Source: Octopus vulgaris
Taxonomy: Eukaryota
Reading direction: 5' to 3'
Length of the DNA: 64,000 nt
Assembly: GCA_951406725.2 (NCBI GenBank)
Contig: OX597825.1
Span: 5,642,001 to 5,706,000 of the forward strand
Part shown: piece after piece, positions 14,595-27,385 of the stretch
How positions within the stretch are numbered: the first letter of the stretch is position 1
Layout: each line of letters starts with the position of its first letter
Made by a program: the position numbers and the translations under genes
Notes under the pieces: model-generated
The model's input: only the letters and a program-made list of their open reading frames with translations
Database searches by the model: none
Told to the model about the DNA's origin: nothing

Positions 14595-15666
14595 CTATGT
14601 ATAGCATCAGGTCTATCTCTCTGAAGAAACCTGCAAAAATCAGCAAGTATGGCGGGACCCCACTTCCCTATATATCGAGGTTCCATTTGACTTATGTCTT
14701 GGTGGAATCTTTCACCATGTTCGTCGCTGACGTCTGCTGCATTCTGAGGAAATAAATCTCGATGCGAATGCAAATCTTGAACTTTTAACATATCACACCT
14801 TAATGATTTGTACGAATCACTCAACTCTTCTACAAGTACTTGATAGTTCGCTGCTCTGTGATTCCCAAGTAGACCATTACACACGTTTCTGAAACTTTGC
14901 CTTGCATCCATTTCCAATACATTTAAGGTATTTTCAAAATTATTGTCCGTCAAAAGTTGCCGAATTTAGGGACGAACAAACACCTCTTCTTTTATTTTCG
15001 CATGGCTTAGTTTGGGAAACTTGGTTTTCAAGTACAAAAATGGCGGCTCTTCTAGATTTAACTTCTTAACAAACCGTTTGATAAAATCTAATTTAATATG
15101 CAATGGAGGCATATTTTCTCCTTAGGGACTGATGGTTCACGTATAACGTTATGTGAACCTATTTCTGGTTCACGCTAAATTATTGGAATGCCAAACAGCT
15201 TACTTCTTGACTTTCTCAAAGATCATTTTGATAGACCATTGGTACATGTTGTGCAACAGATATGTGGTGCCCAACTTTTATCTTGGTCTCCTATCTTGAC
15301 ACCAAAATATGAGTAAAACTGTGTAACGTTTCTTGCGTTCTTCTGGAATGTCACAGCACCACAGATATAATAAAATTTGTCTGGGTGATTTCTACACTGC
15401 CCTCTTGGCATTTTAATGCAATTTTTATTCTAATTAAAGATCTAAGATTTATAACTATTTTATAGTTACTTTCTCTGAAAATCTGAAAAATAAAAAAAGA
15501 AAATTAAAATTATAAAAACATCCTAATGTTTAAAAGCCGAATTACCATGAACTGGAGTAATTCTGTGAGAAACGGCTGCCATTTTCGTGATCTACGCATA
15601 AAACTATCCCAGAAAAAGTTATTCTCATCTCTGTAGTCGAAATAATGTTCATTATTTTGTACTGTG
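14595..15666 (-). mobile_element. Internally deleted CMC/Chapaev3-like DNA transposon
   Basis: N-term CRNHPDKFYYICG...FGVKIGDQDKSWAPHICC (15223-15411); C-term LPPLHIKL...KFPKLS..KIKE...LHSH.DLFPQN...VSDEHGERFHQDISQME; minus-strand terminus begins CACAGTACAAAA at 15666. Family name is from recall. Confidence 0.7.
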
Positions 15667-15778
15667 TTATTACTGGTATGAGTATGGATTCATAAAACAG
15701 GAATAAGCGGCTTTTGGTTGCTATTTTTAAATTTTCAATGGGTGGTTAATCAACTGCTTAACCCAATTATACATATAT

Positions 15779-15838
<60 letters not shown>

Positions 15839-15896
15839 ATATATATGTATGTATGTATGTATGTATATATATATATAAATATATATATATATAAAA

Positions 15897-15957
<61 letters not shown>

Positions 15958-15959
<2 letters not shown>

Positions 15960-16125
15960 AGAATTTACTAAAAAACAGGTGGTGTAGACAACAAACAGAT
16001 GTATTAGTATAACGCTCAGGAATAGAAAAAGTCTTTCACGTTTCGAGCCTACGCTCTTCTACAGGAAGGGACACAGAAAAAAAAACAAGGAGAGAGAAAA
16101 AAAGGCGAGAAAAAAACAAGGAGAG
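15958..16125 (-). mobile_element. (TA)n-adjacent short element with degenerate hammerhead variant
   Basis: Minus strand CTGTAGA-A-gagc-gtag-gctc-GAAAC-GTG (16033-16068); homologous copies at 31588-31745 (-) and 61895-62050 (+). Confidence 0.6.
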
Positions 16126-16708
16126 AAATATTTATATCTATGTATGTGTGTTTGTGTGTGTGTGTGTGTGTATCTATTTCGTGTATTGCATACTTTCCGC
16201 TTTGTTCGCATCTCAACAAAATATTCTCTCCGTATGGGAGAATCGCAAAATGAAACTGTTAGCCTCTCAAATGCGCTGATCTCTGCAGTTTCAGGATATG
16301 AGATATTGGACATTACTCAATGCTAGTGCTCTGAGTTCGCTTCTACATGTATGCGAATATATAATGAGCGTCTTCTACGCGCGCGTGTATATATGTATGT
16401 GTGGGTGTTTGAAAGTTTACACTACCTCCTTATAAGGAGTGAGGACAGTGACAAAGGCGACGACGACTACTATGAGAATAATAGTGATGATGGGTAGAAG
16501 GAGGAGGAGGAGGATGTCAAGGGGAGAAGGGGAAGGATATTTGATTTGATGTGATTGGATATTGCCAAAGTACCTGAAGCGACAGCTGTTCCGTTAAAGG
16601 ATCTTTTATGATCAAAGACGGCTGATCACAGGTGAATGTTGAAGTTTGTATGTCCATGTGTGTATATTTATATATGTGCACGTGTGTGTGTATGTGTATG
16701 CGTACTTA

Positions 16709-16746
<38 letters not shown>

Positions 16747-16847
16747 TGTGTGTTGTGTGTGTGTGTGTGTTTCTGTCATTAGTTTGACACACAGATAAGA
16801 GACGTGCTTGGGAAATAGAGCATTAAGACACACAGAAAGACAGACAC

Positions 16848-16896
<49 letters not shown>

Positions 16897-16980
16897 TAGG
16901 CAGGCAGACAGGTAGGCAGGCAGGTAGAGATGCCTTAATGCAAGTCTTAAGAATGTAAGAATTACCGAATATATATATAT

Positions 16981-17110
16981 AAATTACAAATTAGGGTATC
17001 TATGAGATACCACCATGCTGAAAATAGCAGCCATGATCTGACTTTAAAACCACCTAAGTTGTCCATATATCAGCATGGTGGTATCTCGTAGATACCTTAA
17101 TTTATAATTT
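16981..17110. repeat. Inverted repeat, ~40-bp arms, (TA)n-flanked
   Basis: aaattacaaattagggtatctatgagataccaccatgctg (16981-17020) versus cagcatggtggtatctcgtagataccttaatttataattt (17071-17110); the downstream segment resembles 29060-29140. Confidence 0.8.
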
Positions 17111-17202
17111 TTATAATTATTACCTTGGAAGGTTATTTTTTCCATGCTGACTACTTGATAAAATCCTTATTTTATTTATATATTAACGACCTTATCCTTA
17201 TT

Positions 17203-17247
<45 letters not shown>

Positions 17248-17939
17248 GAGTGTGTGTGTGTTTGTGTGCATGTGTGTGTATGTGTGTGTATGTGAGTGTG
17301 TATGTGTGTGTAGTGTATGTATGTGTGTGCGTGTATACAAGCGTGTGCCTGTGGAAGCAGGCACAGTTACTGGCGAGGGTGAGTGCGTATTGTTTCTCAG
17401 ATTTATTTTACAAGATATTTCATTATATAATTCGCTGTATTAGAGAAGTGTTTGTAATGCTTCGTCTTCCTAATTTAAAACCCGCCAATTCACTCCCTAC
17501 CCCCACCAATTTACGTACAAAATGGCTGCTAATCGTCGAAGCCAAACTGGTTCCATTGTAATTCGTATTTCAGTTATTGATATCATAAGTACATTGAAAC
17601 AAAACATTTGATGAAAGGCATTCCAACTATGATTGTCGTACTCTAGCATAAATACCTGGAAGAAATCACACACGCACACATATCTCCATACATACATACC
17701 CGCTACACACACAAACATACCCCGTATACATACCTCCTGAGCAATGTCTCTTTTCTTTTGTCCAAAACATTAGGATGTGATCTGATTGAGATTTGGCTGC
17801 TATTTCTAACAGGTGGAGCACTCTCTTTGCGGTTTCATCACTAACTCATGTAGCTTCATGTATGTATGCATGTATGTATGTATGTATGTATGTATGTATG
17901 TATGTATGTATGTATGTATGTATGTATTTATATATGTAT

Positions 17940-18290
17940 GCCTTAGTAAAGCTGACCTCAAGAGTCATCTTCGTAGTCATAAAGCGAGAAGGTGAGTAAC
18001 AACCTGGCCACTGATGGTGGTGTAACACACCATACTAATCATGTCTGTCAGGTATGTGGAAGAGAGTGTAATTCGGCAGGAGTACTTAAGCGGCATGCAA
18101 AGGTACATGAATCCCAGTCACAACTACAGCCGGCTATTGGCCGGTAAAGGTTTTAGCTGCCAATTCTGTACAAGACATTGTAGATCTTTAGCTGGGATAA
18201 AATGTCACATTCGATCACAGCACCAGTAACAGTTAAGCTTCGTGCAATGGCCATACTCGATAACGAGGGGGCAGCCAGCATGTATGTATG
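17940..18290 (+). mobile_element. 3' end of an RTE-like LINE with C2H2 zinc fingers and (ATGT)n tail
   Basis: CLSKADLKSHLRSH, CQVCGRECNSAGVLKRHAKVH, CQFCTRHCRSLAGIKCHIRSQH*, then a short UTR running into (ATGT)n. Confidence 0.6.
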
Positions 18291-18498
18291 TATGTATGTA
18301 TGTATGTATGTATGTATGTATGTATGTATGTATGTATGTATGTATGTATGTATGTGTGCATGTATGTATGTGTGTATGTATGTATGTGTGTATGTTTGTA
18401 TGTATGTATGTATGTTTGTATGTATGTATGTATGTATGTGTGTATGTATGTATGTATGTATGTATCTATATGTGTATATATGTATGTATGTATGTAGA

Positions 18499-18752
18499 GT
18501 AAGTAAAGTTAGCCTTTCGAGTCATACTGACTCACGATGGCCGCTTTCCCGGTTTCATGGCGTATAAACTGCCCACCTCGACGGGACGCCGGTCCATCGC
18601 AGGATTACTAATGTTTGACCACTGAGTGGACTGGGGCGATGTAAAAGGGAGTGTTTTGCTCAAGAACACAACGCATCATCTGGTCCAGGAATCGAAACCA
18701 CAACCTAACGATCATGAGTTCAACACCCCCAACCAATAAGCCACCCGCCTCC
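18499..18752 (-). mobile_element. tRNA-headed SINE, family C head with an alternative tail
   Basis: Minus strand GGTTTCGATTCC B box, GCGTTGTGTTCTTGAGCAAAACAC as in 48684-49005, then CCTGCGATGGACCGGCGTCCCGTC...GAAACCGGG. Confidence 0.7.
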
Positions 18753-19081
18753 ACTATGTCTATATGTACATGCTTGTGTATATGTGTATATTTGTATGTA
18801 TATAGAGGTGTAGTATGTATGTATACACATGTTGTGTATGTCTGTATGTATGTATGTATGTACATTTTGTGTATGTACGTATATATGTGCATATATGTAT
18901 ATACATGTTATGTGTTTATATATGAACATTTTGTGTATGTATGTATATACACGTTGTGTATATAAGTTTGTACATGTGTATGTATGCATGTATGTATCTA
19001 CATGTATGTATGCATATGCATGTTGTGTACGTATTTATATACATGTTGTGTATGTATGTACATGTGTATGTACATACATAC

Positions 19082-19351
19082 AAGCGATAAGGGCTGTTAA
19101 GCCAAGACGATGGGGGAAATATTGTGAACGTTTAAGGGAACAGTTTATGAAAGATCTTAAGCTGATCTAGTCTTGGTGAAGATAGCAGTTGGAAAGATGG
19201 TTCCCCTCTGACCACGTGTCAGTGACGAGAGAGTCGAGGAGTGCTACCTTCACCAAGATTAGACCAGCTTATCCTGTCGCTTTCATAAGCTGTCTTCTTA
19301 AACGTTCACAATAATTTTTCCATCGTCTTGGCTTAACATCCCTCATCGTTT
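19082..19351. repeat. Inverted repeat, ~105-bp arms, ~54-nt spacer
   Basis: 19082-19187 is the imperfect reverse complement of 19242-19351. Confidence 0.85.
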
Positions 19352-19779
19352 TTTTTTACTGTTTTGTTCTTACTGTCCTGTTCTTGTTACTACTTTTACC
19401 CCTCCGCAAAAAATCCCAAATTTTATTTAATTTGCTTTGCGGGAAGGACTGTTTCAAAGTAGTGGCGTTTTGTCCTTACCTTCAGAACGCGGAGTAGATG
19501 AAACAGGGACAACTAAAGAAGGGGAATATTCCTTGTGTTGTATGTCTTGTACTCTGTTGTTTTTTTGTTGTTTGAAAAAAAGTTCGTTTTTATGTTTTTG
19601 TTTTTATGTTTTCGTTTCTCATTGTGTTCCACATTTTTTTTAATGTCCTGTACCCATATATGCATGTATATATACATATATATGTAGGTATATACATATA
19701 TGTATGTATATATGCATATATTTATATATCATTTATATTATTATATGATCGAACGCCACGCATCCTCTCCCAAGTAAGT

Positions 19780-19811
<32 letters not shown>

Positions 19812-20065
19812 AATATATATATATGTATATATAAGCACGCGCGCACAAATGTGAGAGAGTTACGACTGTGCGTGTTAGTATGTGTTTATATAAGTGTGTA
19901 TATATGTGCGTAAGCGCATGCGCGGTTATGTGTGAATGTGTGTGACAGTGTGTGACTGTGTAGAAGCAAAAGACCTGGTAAATCTGTTAGGCAATTGAAC
20001 GTTAAGATATACTGAGAGGATGAGGACGACGAAGAGGAGGAGAAGCAAGGTAAAGCAAGATGGTT

Positions 20066-20145
<80 letters not shown>

Positions 20146-20773
20146 GGTGGTGGTGGTGGTGGTAGTAGTAGTAGTAGTAGGTCGTGGTGGTGCTGGTGGT
20201 ACTGGTGGTGGAGTAGGAGGAAGGTGAAGGGATGGAGAAGAGGGGGGTCCCCTTAGATGAACTTCGTGCCATCTTACGAGTGCGTATCCATTTGCCTGAT
20301 GGCGCGATGGAAGCCAAAAGCGGGATTAAAATAAACAACGCGAGTAAAGTAGGACAAAGTGTTAGTGTGTCAGTGTGCCAGGGCTGCCGTTTAAACGTAT
20401 TTTAACGAACAGGCAGCTCTGCTTCACTGACCCCAACCGTACTCATTATCATAAGTTACTTTTATGTAGCCTGAAAACTATGGAGATAATGCAAAGAAGT
20501 AACAGCTTATATTAAAATATGTCAATTATGTATAAATTGGCTGCTAATCGTCGAAGACTGGGTTTATTGTAATTCGTATTCTAATTGTTGATATCATGAA
20601 GTAAATTTAGCTCGTTATTTGTTTAATTAAGTTTTTAATGCGTCAGTTAGTTTTGTAAAACTTAAAGACTGGTCTGAATTATGGCATAAGACCTTTCACT
20701 TTCAAAAAAAACTGGAGGTCTTTACTGGTTAGACATTTATTTTTCAATTCTTGCTCAATATGTTCGTGTTTTG

Positions 20774-20970
20774 AAGGCAGTGAGATGGCAGAAACGTTAG
20801 CACGCTGGGCGAAATGCTTAGAGGTATTTCGCTATTCTGAGTTCAAATTCCGCAGAGGTCGACTTTGCATTTCATCCTTTCGGGGTCGATGAATTAAGTA
20901 CCAGTTGCGTACTGGGCTTGATCTAATCGACTGGCAACCCACCCCTAAATTTCGGGCCTTGTGTTTAGAA
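20774..20970 (+). mobile_element. SINE family B (short-tail subtype)
   Basis: GGCAGAAACGTTAGCACG head, GAGTTCAAATTCC, TTCATCCTTTCGGGGTCGAT, AAATTTCGGGCCTTGTG tail into (ATT)n. Confidence 0.8.
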
Positions 20971-21049
<79 letters not shown>

Positions 21050-21265
21050 GAATGAGAGAGCAGTGTATGCCATCAAAGTGACACTGGGGTAAACTATACG
21101 AAGCCCAGTAAACCCATCATGACTACCCGTCTGATAAGGGTACACCAGGCACATGCATCACAACCATATGTGCGCAACATGGTGATCTCATATCAAGATA
21201 AACAGCACATGACCTTACAGGTGAGGCCCAGTTAGAATTTTCTTCTGGTAGAATAGCCCATTCCG
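21050..21265 (-). mobile_element. Retroposon family E 3' fragment with (AAT)n tail
   Basis: Reverse complement of ~31260-31466. Confidence 0.75.
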
Positions 21266-21358
21266 TATGTATACATTTCAAAATGTAACCACATGTGAAT
21301 CGTCGGCGATTTTTATCCCTTCCGTCTTCCTTTTCTATTTGACTTTCCTCCGTCTCCT

Positions 21359-21392
21359 TTTTCTGAAGAAGAGCTTTGCTCGAAACGTAAAA
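21359..21392 (+). ncRNA. Hammerhead variant (extra A, loop-less stem III)
   Basis: tttt-CTGAAGA-A-gagc-ttt-gctc-GAAAC-GTA-aaa: weak A-U stem I; stem II matches the 16033/31653/61925 family. Confidence 0.5.
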
Positions 21393-21484
21393 CCACCTTT
21401 CTTTCCTTCCCTGAGCGTCTGCTCATTCTTTACATGGACCACGTCCTCGCGTTTCTTTTCTTGTTTGTGTGTTTGTTCTTCGTT

Positions 21485-21567
<83 letters not shown>

Positions 21568-21741
21568 TCGTGTGTGTGCTTGTTATGCTTTTTTGCGCTT
21601 TTCTCGTGACCAGTCGTCTGACCAACAACGTCGCCAGTCACGCAGGCCAACCAAAGAAGCCGACATATTTAAATACCATATCCAGTGTTCTACTTGAGAT
21701 CTCATTTTATTAATGCGTACAGCTATATATACATACATACA

Positions 21742-21778
<37 letters not shown>

Positions 21779-21786
21779 ATAAATAA

Positions 21787-21841
<55 letters not shown>

Positions 21842-22259
21842 CATACACATATGTTTGTGTGCGTGTGTGTGCGCGCGCGTCTGTGTGTTTATACACATCC
21901 ACACACTTATGTATGTGTATATCTGTATAAATATACATATACATACACATAATGTGTACATTTTATTTATATTAAAGTGTGGTTTTATGTTCAGTTATAA
22001 TAAACTTAGTCTTACTGTTTAATCTGTTGGGTTTCTCTATACTTTTGTAGAGTACGAATATATTATTCCTAAACGAGAATATTATTGATAGTGACTTCGA
22101 AGCTTCGGCCAGCCAAGGCTGACCAGCGGTGTATAACAGCATCCCATAGTCTGGTCAGTATTGCGGTACTAATAATGTTCGGCGAGAGTCTACAAAATCC
22201 ATCCATTTATCCATTTCGCCGCCCCATATTCCTGGGAGTAGAGACTTCAAATATTTCCT

Positions 22260-22595
22260 CCATAGGATTGTAATACCCTCTGGACCAGTGTACCCTGTAA
22301 GTTTTATATTCAGTTTCGGACGCTCGTAGCGCAGGGCCTGGAATTTTTCAGCATTAAAGTGTATATTATTGTCCTTAACCCATCTGCCAATTGAGTCCAA
22401 CTCCTGGGGCAGATGTGCAACATCGCTGGGTTTCTGTATTTTTTGCAAGACTTTCCTATCGTCCGCGTAGCTAGCAAAGGTAGTTATCCGGGCAGCTGAG
22501 GGCATATCTGAGAGGGCCACTATGAAAAACAGAGGTCTCAAGACAGTGCCCTGTGGAAAACCGCTCACTATTTGTGTTTTCTTTGTGAAAGAATT
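22260..22595 (-). pseudogene. CR1/L2-group LINE reverse transcriptase fragment
   Basis: IVSGFPQGTVLRPLFFIVALSDM...SYADD...LDSIGRWVKDNNIHFNAEKFQAL: RT motifs GxPQG and YADD. Confidence 0.85.
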
Positions 22596-22743
22596 AAACG
22601 GGGCTGTAGTGGAAGGCATTTGTGGTAAGTGCCATGCTGTGTGATTGAACCTGGAACCATTTGGCTGGCTGCAAAGCAATCTTCTCATCCACAAAGATGT
22701 GTCTGCGCGCCCTAACTACATACATACACATAGATATATAAAT

Positions 22744-22901
22744 AAGGAGTGGCTGTGTGGTAAGTAGCTTGCTTACCAGCCACATGGTTCCGGGTTCAGT
22801 TCCACTGCGTGGGACCTTGGGCAAGTGTATTCTACTATAGCCTTGGGCCGACCAAAGCCTTGTGAGTGGATTTGGTTGATGGAAACTGAAAGAAGCCCGT
22901 C

Positions 22902-22996
<95 letters not shown>

Positions 22997-23228
22997 TGTG
23001 TGTGTGTTTGTGTGTCTGTGTTTGTCCCCCTAGCATTGCTTGACAACCGATGCTGGTGTGTTTATGTCCCCGTTACTTAGCGGTTCGGCAAAAAGAGACC
23101 TATAGAATAAGTACTGGCTTACAAAAGAATAAGTCCCGAGGTCGAGTTGCTCGATTAAAGGCTGTGCTCCAGCATCGCTGCAGTCAAATGACTGAAACAA
23201 GTAAAAGAGTAAAAGAGTAAAAGAGTAA
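22744..23228 (+). mobile_element. SINE family A, full length with long central (TA)n
   Basis: Complete head, about 90 bp of (TA)n, body and (GTAAAAGA)3 tail. Confidence 0.9.
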
Positions 23229-23243
23229 TATACATAAATGTAC

Positions 23244-23292
<49 letters not shown>

Positions 23293-24552
23293 TATGTAAA
23301 GGTAAGATCCAAGGATCCGGGCGTAGTAAGAAGTTAGTTAGCTTCGAGCTTATATATATATATATATATATACACACGCACATTTATGTATATATTTGTA
23401 TAGTCATGTGTATGTATATATACATATATGCATGTATTCGCGCGCGCGCAAAGGCGTACACACAGAGAAGACGACAGACAGGCAGACAGACGGACGGACG
23501 GGCGGATAGACAGATAATTAGAGAGAGAGAGATAGGAGAGAGAGATGGATCGATCGATCGATCCATCGATCGATTGATAGATAGATTGATGAATGGACGA
23601 ATGGATGGATTGATTGATAGATAGACGAATGCATGGATGGATGGATGGATGGATTGGTATACAGATAAATAGAGAGAGAGAGAGAGAGAGAGATGGATCG
23701 ATCGATCGATTGATAGAGAGATGGATGAATGGACGAATGGATGGATAGGTAGAAAGAGAGAGAGAGAGAAAAAGAAAGAAGGAGAGATGGATGGATGGAT
23801 TCATAGATAGACGAATGCATGGTTGGATAGATGTATAGATGGATGGATTAATTGATGGATTGACTGATGGATGGATTGATAAATAGACGAATGCATGGAT
23901 GGCTAGGTAGCCAGACAGACAGCTCGATAGACAGAGTGACAGGCGGATAGAAAGACGGATTGATGGATGGATTTAGATTATCTGGATTGATGGATATGTT
24001 GAAAGAATGAGTGACAAGGTAGCAATAATCTTCGACAAAGAACGTAGTGCAGTAGCAAGGGAGAGGTGGGAGGAAAGAAAGAGAAAAAGAGAAAGAGAGA
24101 AAGCGTGTGGGAAAGGGAGAGGGCGCCTCCTGCCGGCAGAGAATTATGTATTACGCGATGGATGATGCAGGATTTTAGAGCGTTGAGAAAAAATGCCGGC
24201 TGAAAGGGGTATATGTGTAGGCGGGTGTCTGGTACTGGGGTATCATACAATACACACTGGTTGCATGTATAGAAGACAAGACTGCAGTTGTTAAAGCTGC
24301 TGCAACTGCTGTAAGTTGGTGTTTAACATAAACCGACAGCGCATTCCATTGCAACCCACTGCATTCCAGCAATAGTTTTGCATAATCTGCACATCTGCGG
24401 TGTTTAAATAGACTCGCGTAGACGAACACTCGTTGACTCACAGACTCAACTCACGCGCATACACACACACACACACAGACGCATACACGCGTACATACAA
24501 ATCCGTATGTGCATGTATGTACATGTATGTATCATGTGTGTATGTGTCTATA

Positions 24553-24592
<40 letters not shown>

Positions 24593-24769
24593 GCTGTGTA
24601 GGTATGGTGGAAGCATATTACATAACGCAGATCGGTGTGCGTACAATTGCATGTTTATAGATATGTAGATGGATGTATATCTCCTCCCTCGCTTTCTCTC
24701 TCACTCTATCCGTATATATCTTTGTGTGTTTATGTATAATATATACATGTTTATATACATATATATATT

Positions 24770-24868
<99 letters not shown>

Positions 24869-24967
24869 TTATATATATATATATATATATATATTTACGT
24901 ATATATAGTATATATATACATATAGATAGATAGATATATACATATGTATGTATATTGATATATATCT

Positions 24968-25033
<66 letters not shown>

Positions 25034-25810
25034 GTTTATATATATACGTTTATATGCATGTGCGTTTCTGTTGTCTTGTGTGAGTGTGCGCGCCTGTGTA
25101 TGCATGTATGTGTGTGTGTGTGTGCATACATACACATATATAAATTTACATACATTTGCATACATCGGTATTACTCCTCCCTCTTTTCTACTACTTCTGT
25201 GGCGTTACCCTCCTGTTTCTCTCTCACTCTCACTCACTATCTATCCATCTATCTTTCTATTTAACTCTTTGTTCTTCATCTTCTCTCATTACACCCAACC
25301 TCTACAAATTTCCTTTGTATACTCAGCCTCCTCTCTCACCCTGCCTCCGACTTAACTCTTTCAATACCTCACCCTGTTCCTCAAAACTCTTTCTTTGGCT
25401 CGTCTGGCTGTTACAGTGACCTCTATATATGTATGTCTGCATTTATCTGTCTGTGAATATATATATACATGATAGATAAATACATACAAATGGAAAGAGA
25501 GAGCGAGGATCAGAGAGAGATAAAACAGACAGGACAGAGATGGTGGGAGAGAGTGTAAAGGGAGAGCAACAGCGTTGGGTGGTGCATGTTGTCTGAACGA
25601 TTCCAATTTCGGCAGATTCCTTGCGGCTGTGCCATTGCACATGAGAAGAATCTGAATTGTATATTAATAACTGAAATAATACAGCGCAGCAAGTGTGCAG
25701 ACGATAAACTGATGCAAATGACACATAAAGTTAAGAAGAAGAGCATACATATCTATGTATGTATGTATGTATGCATGTATGTATGTATGTATGTATGTAT
25801 ATATATATAT

Positions 25811-25843
<33 letters not shown>

Positions 25844-25947
25844 AATATACGCATACACATATACATATATATGTATATATTTTTTTAAAATACAAATAAA
25901 TGAAAGAATGGAGTTGAACGACGAATTAACAAAACTCCTTTATTTTA

Positions 25948-26030
25948 TTTTCGACATATGTTTCGAAGGCTGCATATTCCTAATTTCGAAGGAATAAGGG
26001 GTGCATTATGCCGCCTTCTCATCAGGAAAA
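25948..26030 (-). ncRNA. Canonical type-I hammerhead ribozyme motif with extended stem II
   Basis: Minus strand ttttc-CTGATGA-gaaggc...gccttc-GAAAC-ATAT-GTC-gaaaa: stem I 5 bp, stem II 6 bp extended by tgca/tgca and tattcct/aggaata, palindromic stem III ACATATGT, GUC triplet. Confidence 0.88.
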
Positions 26031-26095
26031 GCAAGGAACTTATGTCAGCATCAAGATGCACAAAAACTTTATATATATGTATATATATATATATC

Positions 26096-26143
<48 letters not shown>

Positions 26144-26253
26144 TAAAGATGTTTCTATATATCTTAAATTTGCATATATTATAATATTATATAATATTAT
26201 ATATTATATAATATATATGTATATATATATATAAATATTATATATATATATAT

Positions 26254-26299
<46 letters not shown>

Positions 26300-26302
<3 letters not shown>

Positions 26303-26495
26303 AATTAGAGATAAAACCACTATTATGCAACTCAAACAGTGATAGACATAAACCAATACATAAATAACAAATTATATATATATATATATATATATAATTA
26401 TAAATATAATTTTTTTTATATATTTATAGTGTGAAATTTGATTTAATACTAAATTGAATTTTTCCCTGTAAGTTTAGAGTTATACTCCCTAATTA
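26300..26495 (-). mobile_element. Diverged relative of the 8781-9157 element, in (TA)n
   Basis: ttagagataaaaccactatt...aatttgatttaatactaaattgaatttttccctgtaa...ccctaat parallels 34030-34166. Confidence 0.6.
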
Positions 26496-26511
26496 TATTA
26501 TTATTATAATT

Positions 26512-26571
<60 letters not shown>

Positions 26572-26867
26572 TAGAAAGAGAGAGAGAGAGACGCATATAT
26601 GTATGTATACATGCACACTAATGCACTCCCACACTTACACATGCGTACCTGGTCGTTGACATAATTCCACTGCAGTGGAATTATACTGGAGAAGTGTGTG
26701 ACGTAAGTGTTTGGCACTTCATAATGGACGGTACAATTCGAAACTAAACGAACCGTAAGTGAGTGGGCTGAAGCATCAGAAATGCTAAAATCACTCTTTC
26801 ACGATGTAACTGTTTTGGCTCCAATGCACGTTCTCAGCGTAAGCCCCTCGCCAAAACCCCTACATGC

Positions 26868-27135
26868 GTGGGCGTGGCTGTGTGGTAAGAAGCTTGCATC
26901 CCAACCACATGGCTCCGGGTTCAGTCTTATTGTGAGGCACCTTGTGTAAATGTCTTCTACCATAGCCTCCGGCCGACCAAAGCCTTGTGAGAGGATTTGG
27001 TAGGCGGAAGCTGAAAGAAGCCCATCGTGTATATATACCTATGTATATATATTTATGTGTGCGTGTCTTTGTGTCTGTGTTTGTCCTCTCACCATCGCTT
27101 GGCAACCGATGTTAGTTTTTTTATGTCCCCGAAAC
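26868..27135 (+). mobile_element. SINE family A, 3'-truncated
   Basis: Head and body similar to 22744-23228. Confidence 0.8.
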
Positions 27136-27149
27136 GTATATGTCTCTTA

Positions 27150-27385
27150 GATTATTGTAATTTAGTATATTGTTATTAATTATCCAATAAGCTGACCTGC
27201 CAACTTTTGTTATTTTCTGAACACACTTGTGACAGTAGAATAGTTTGCAGAACGCCGTCGTGACGTGAAGGCAATATGGAAACTCGCCATCCAGTAAAAT
27301 TTTGTTAACCTGGGCAAAATTTTGTATTAACCTGGGCAAAAACGCTGCAGAAACTAATGAAATATGGATTAACTTGTATGACCCG
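27150..27385 (+). pseudogene. Possible mariner 5' region and transposase N-terminus
   Basis: METRHPVKFC.NLGKNAAETNEI resembles mariner N-terminal IKFCxxLGKxAxET; short internal tandem duplication. Confidence 0.45.
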
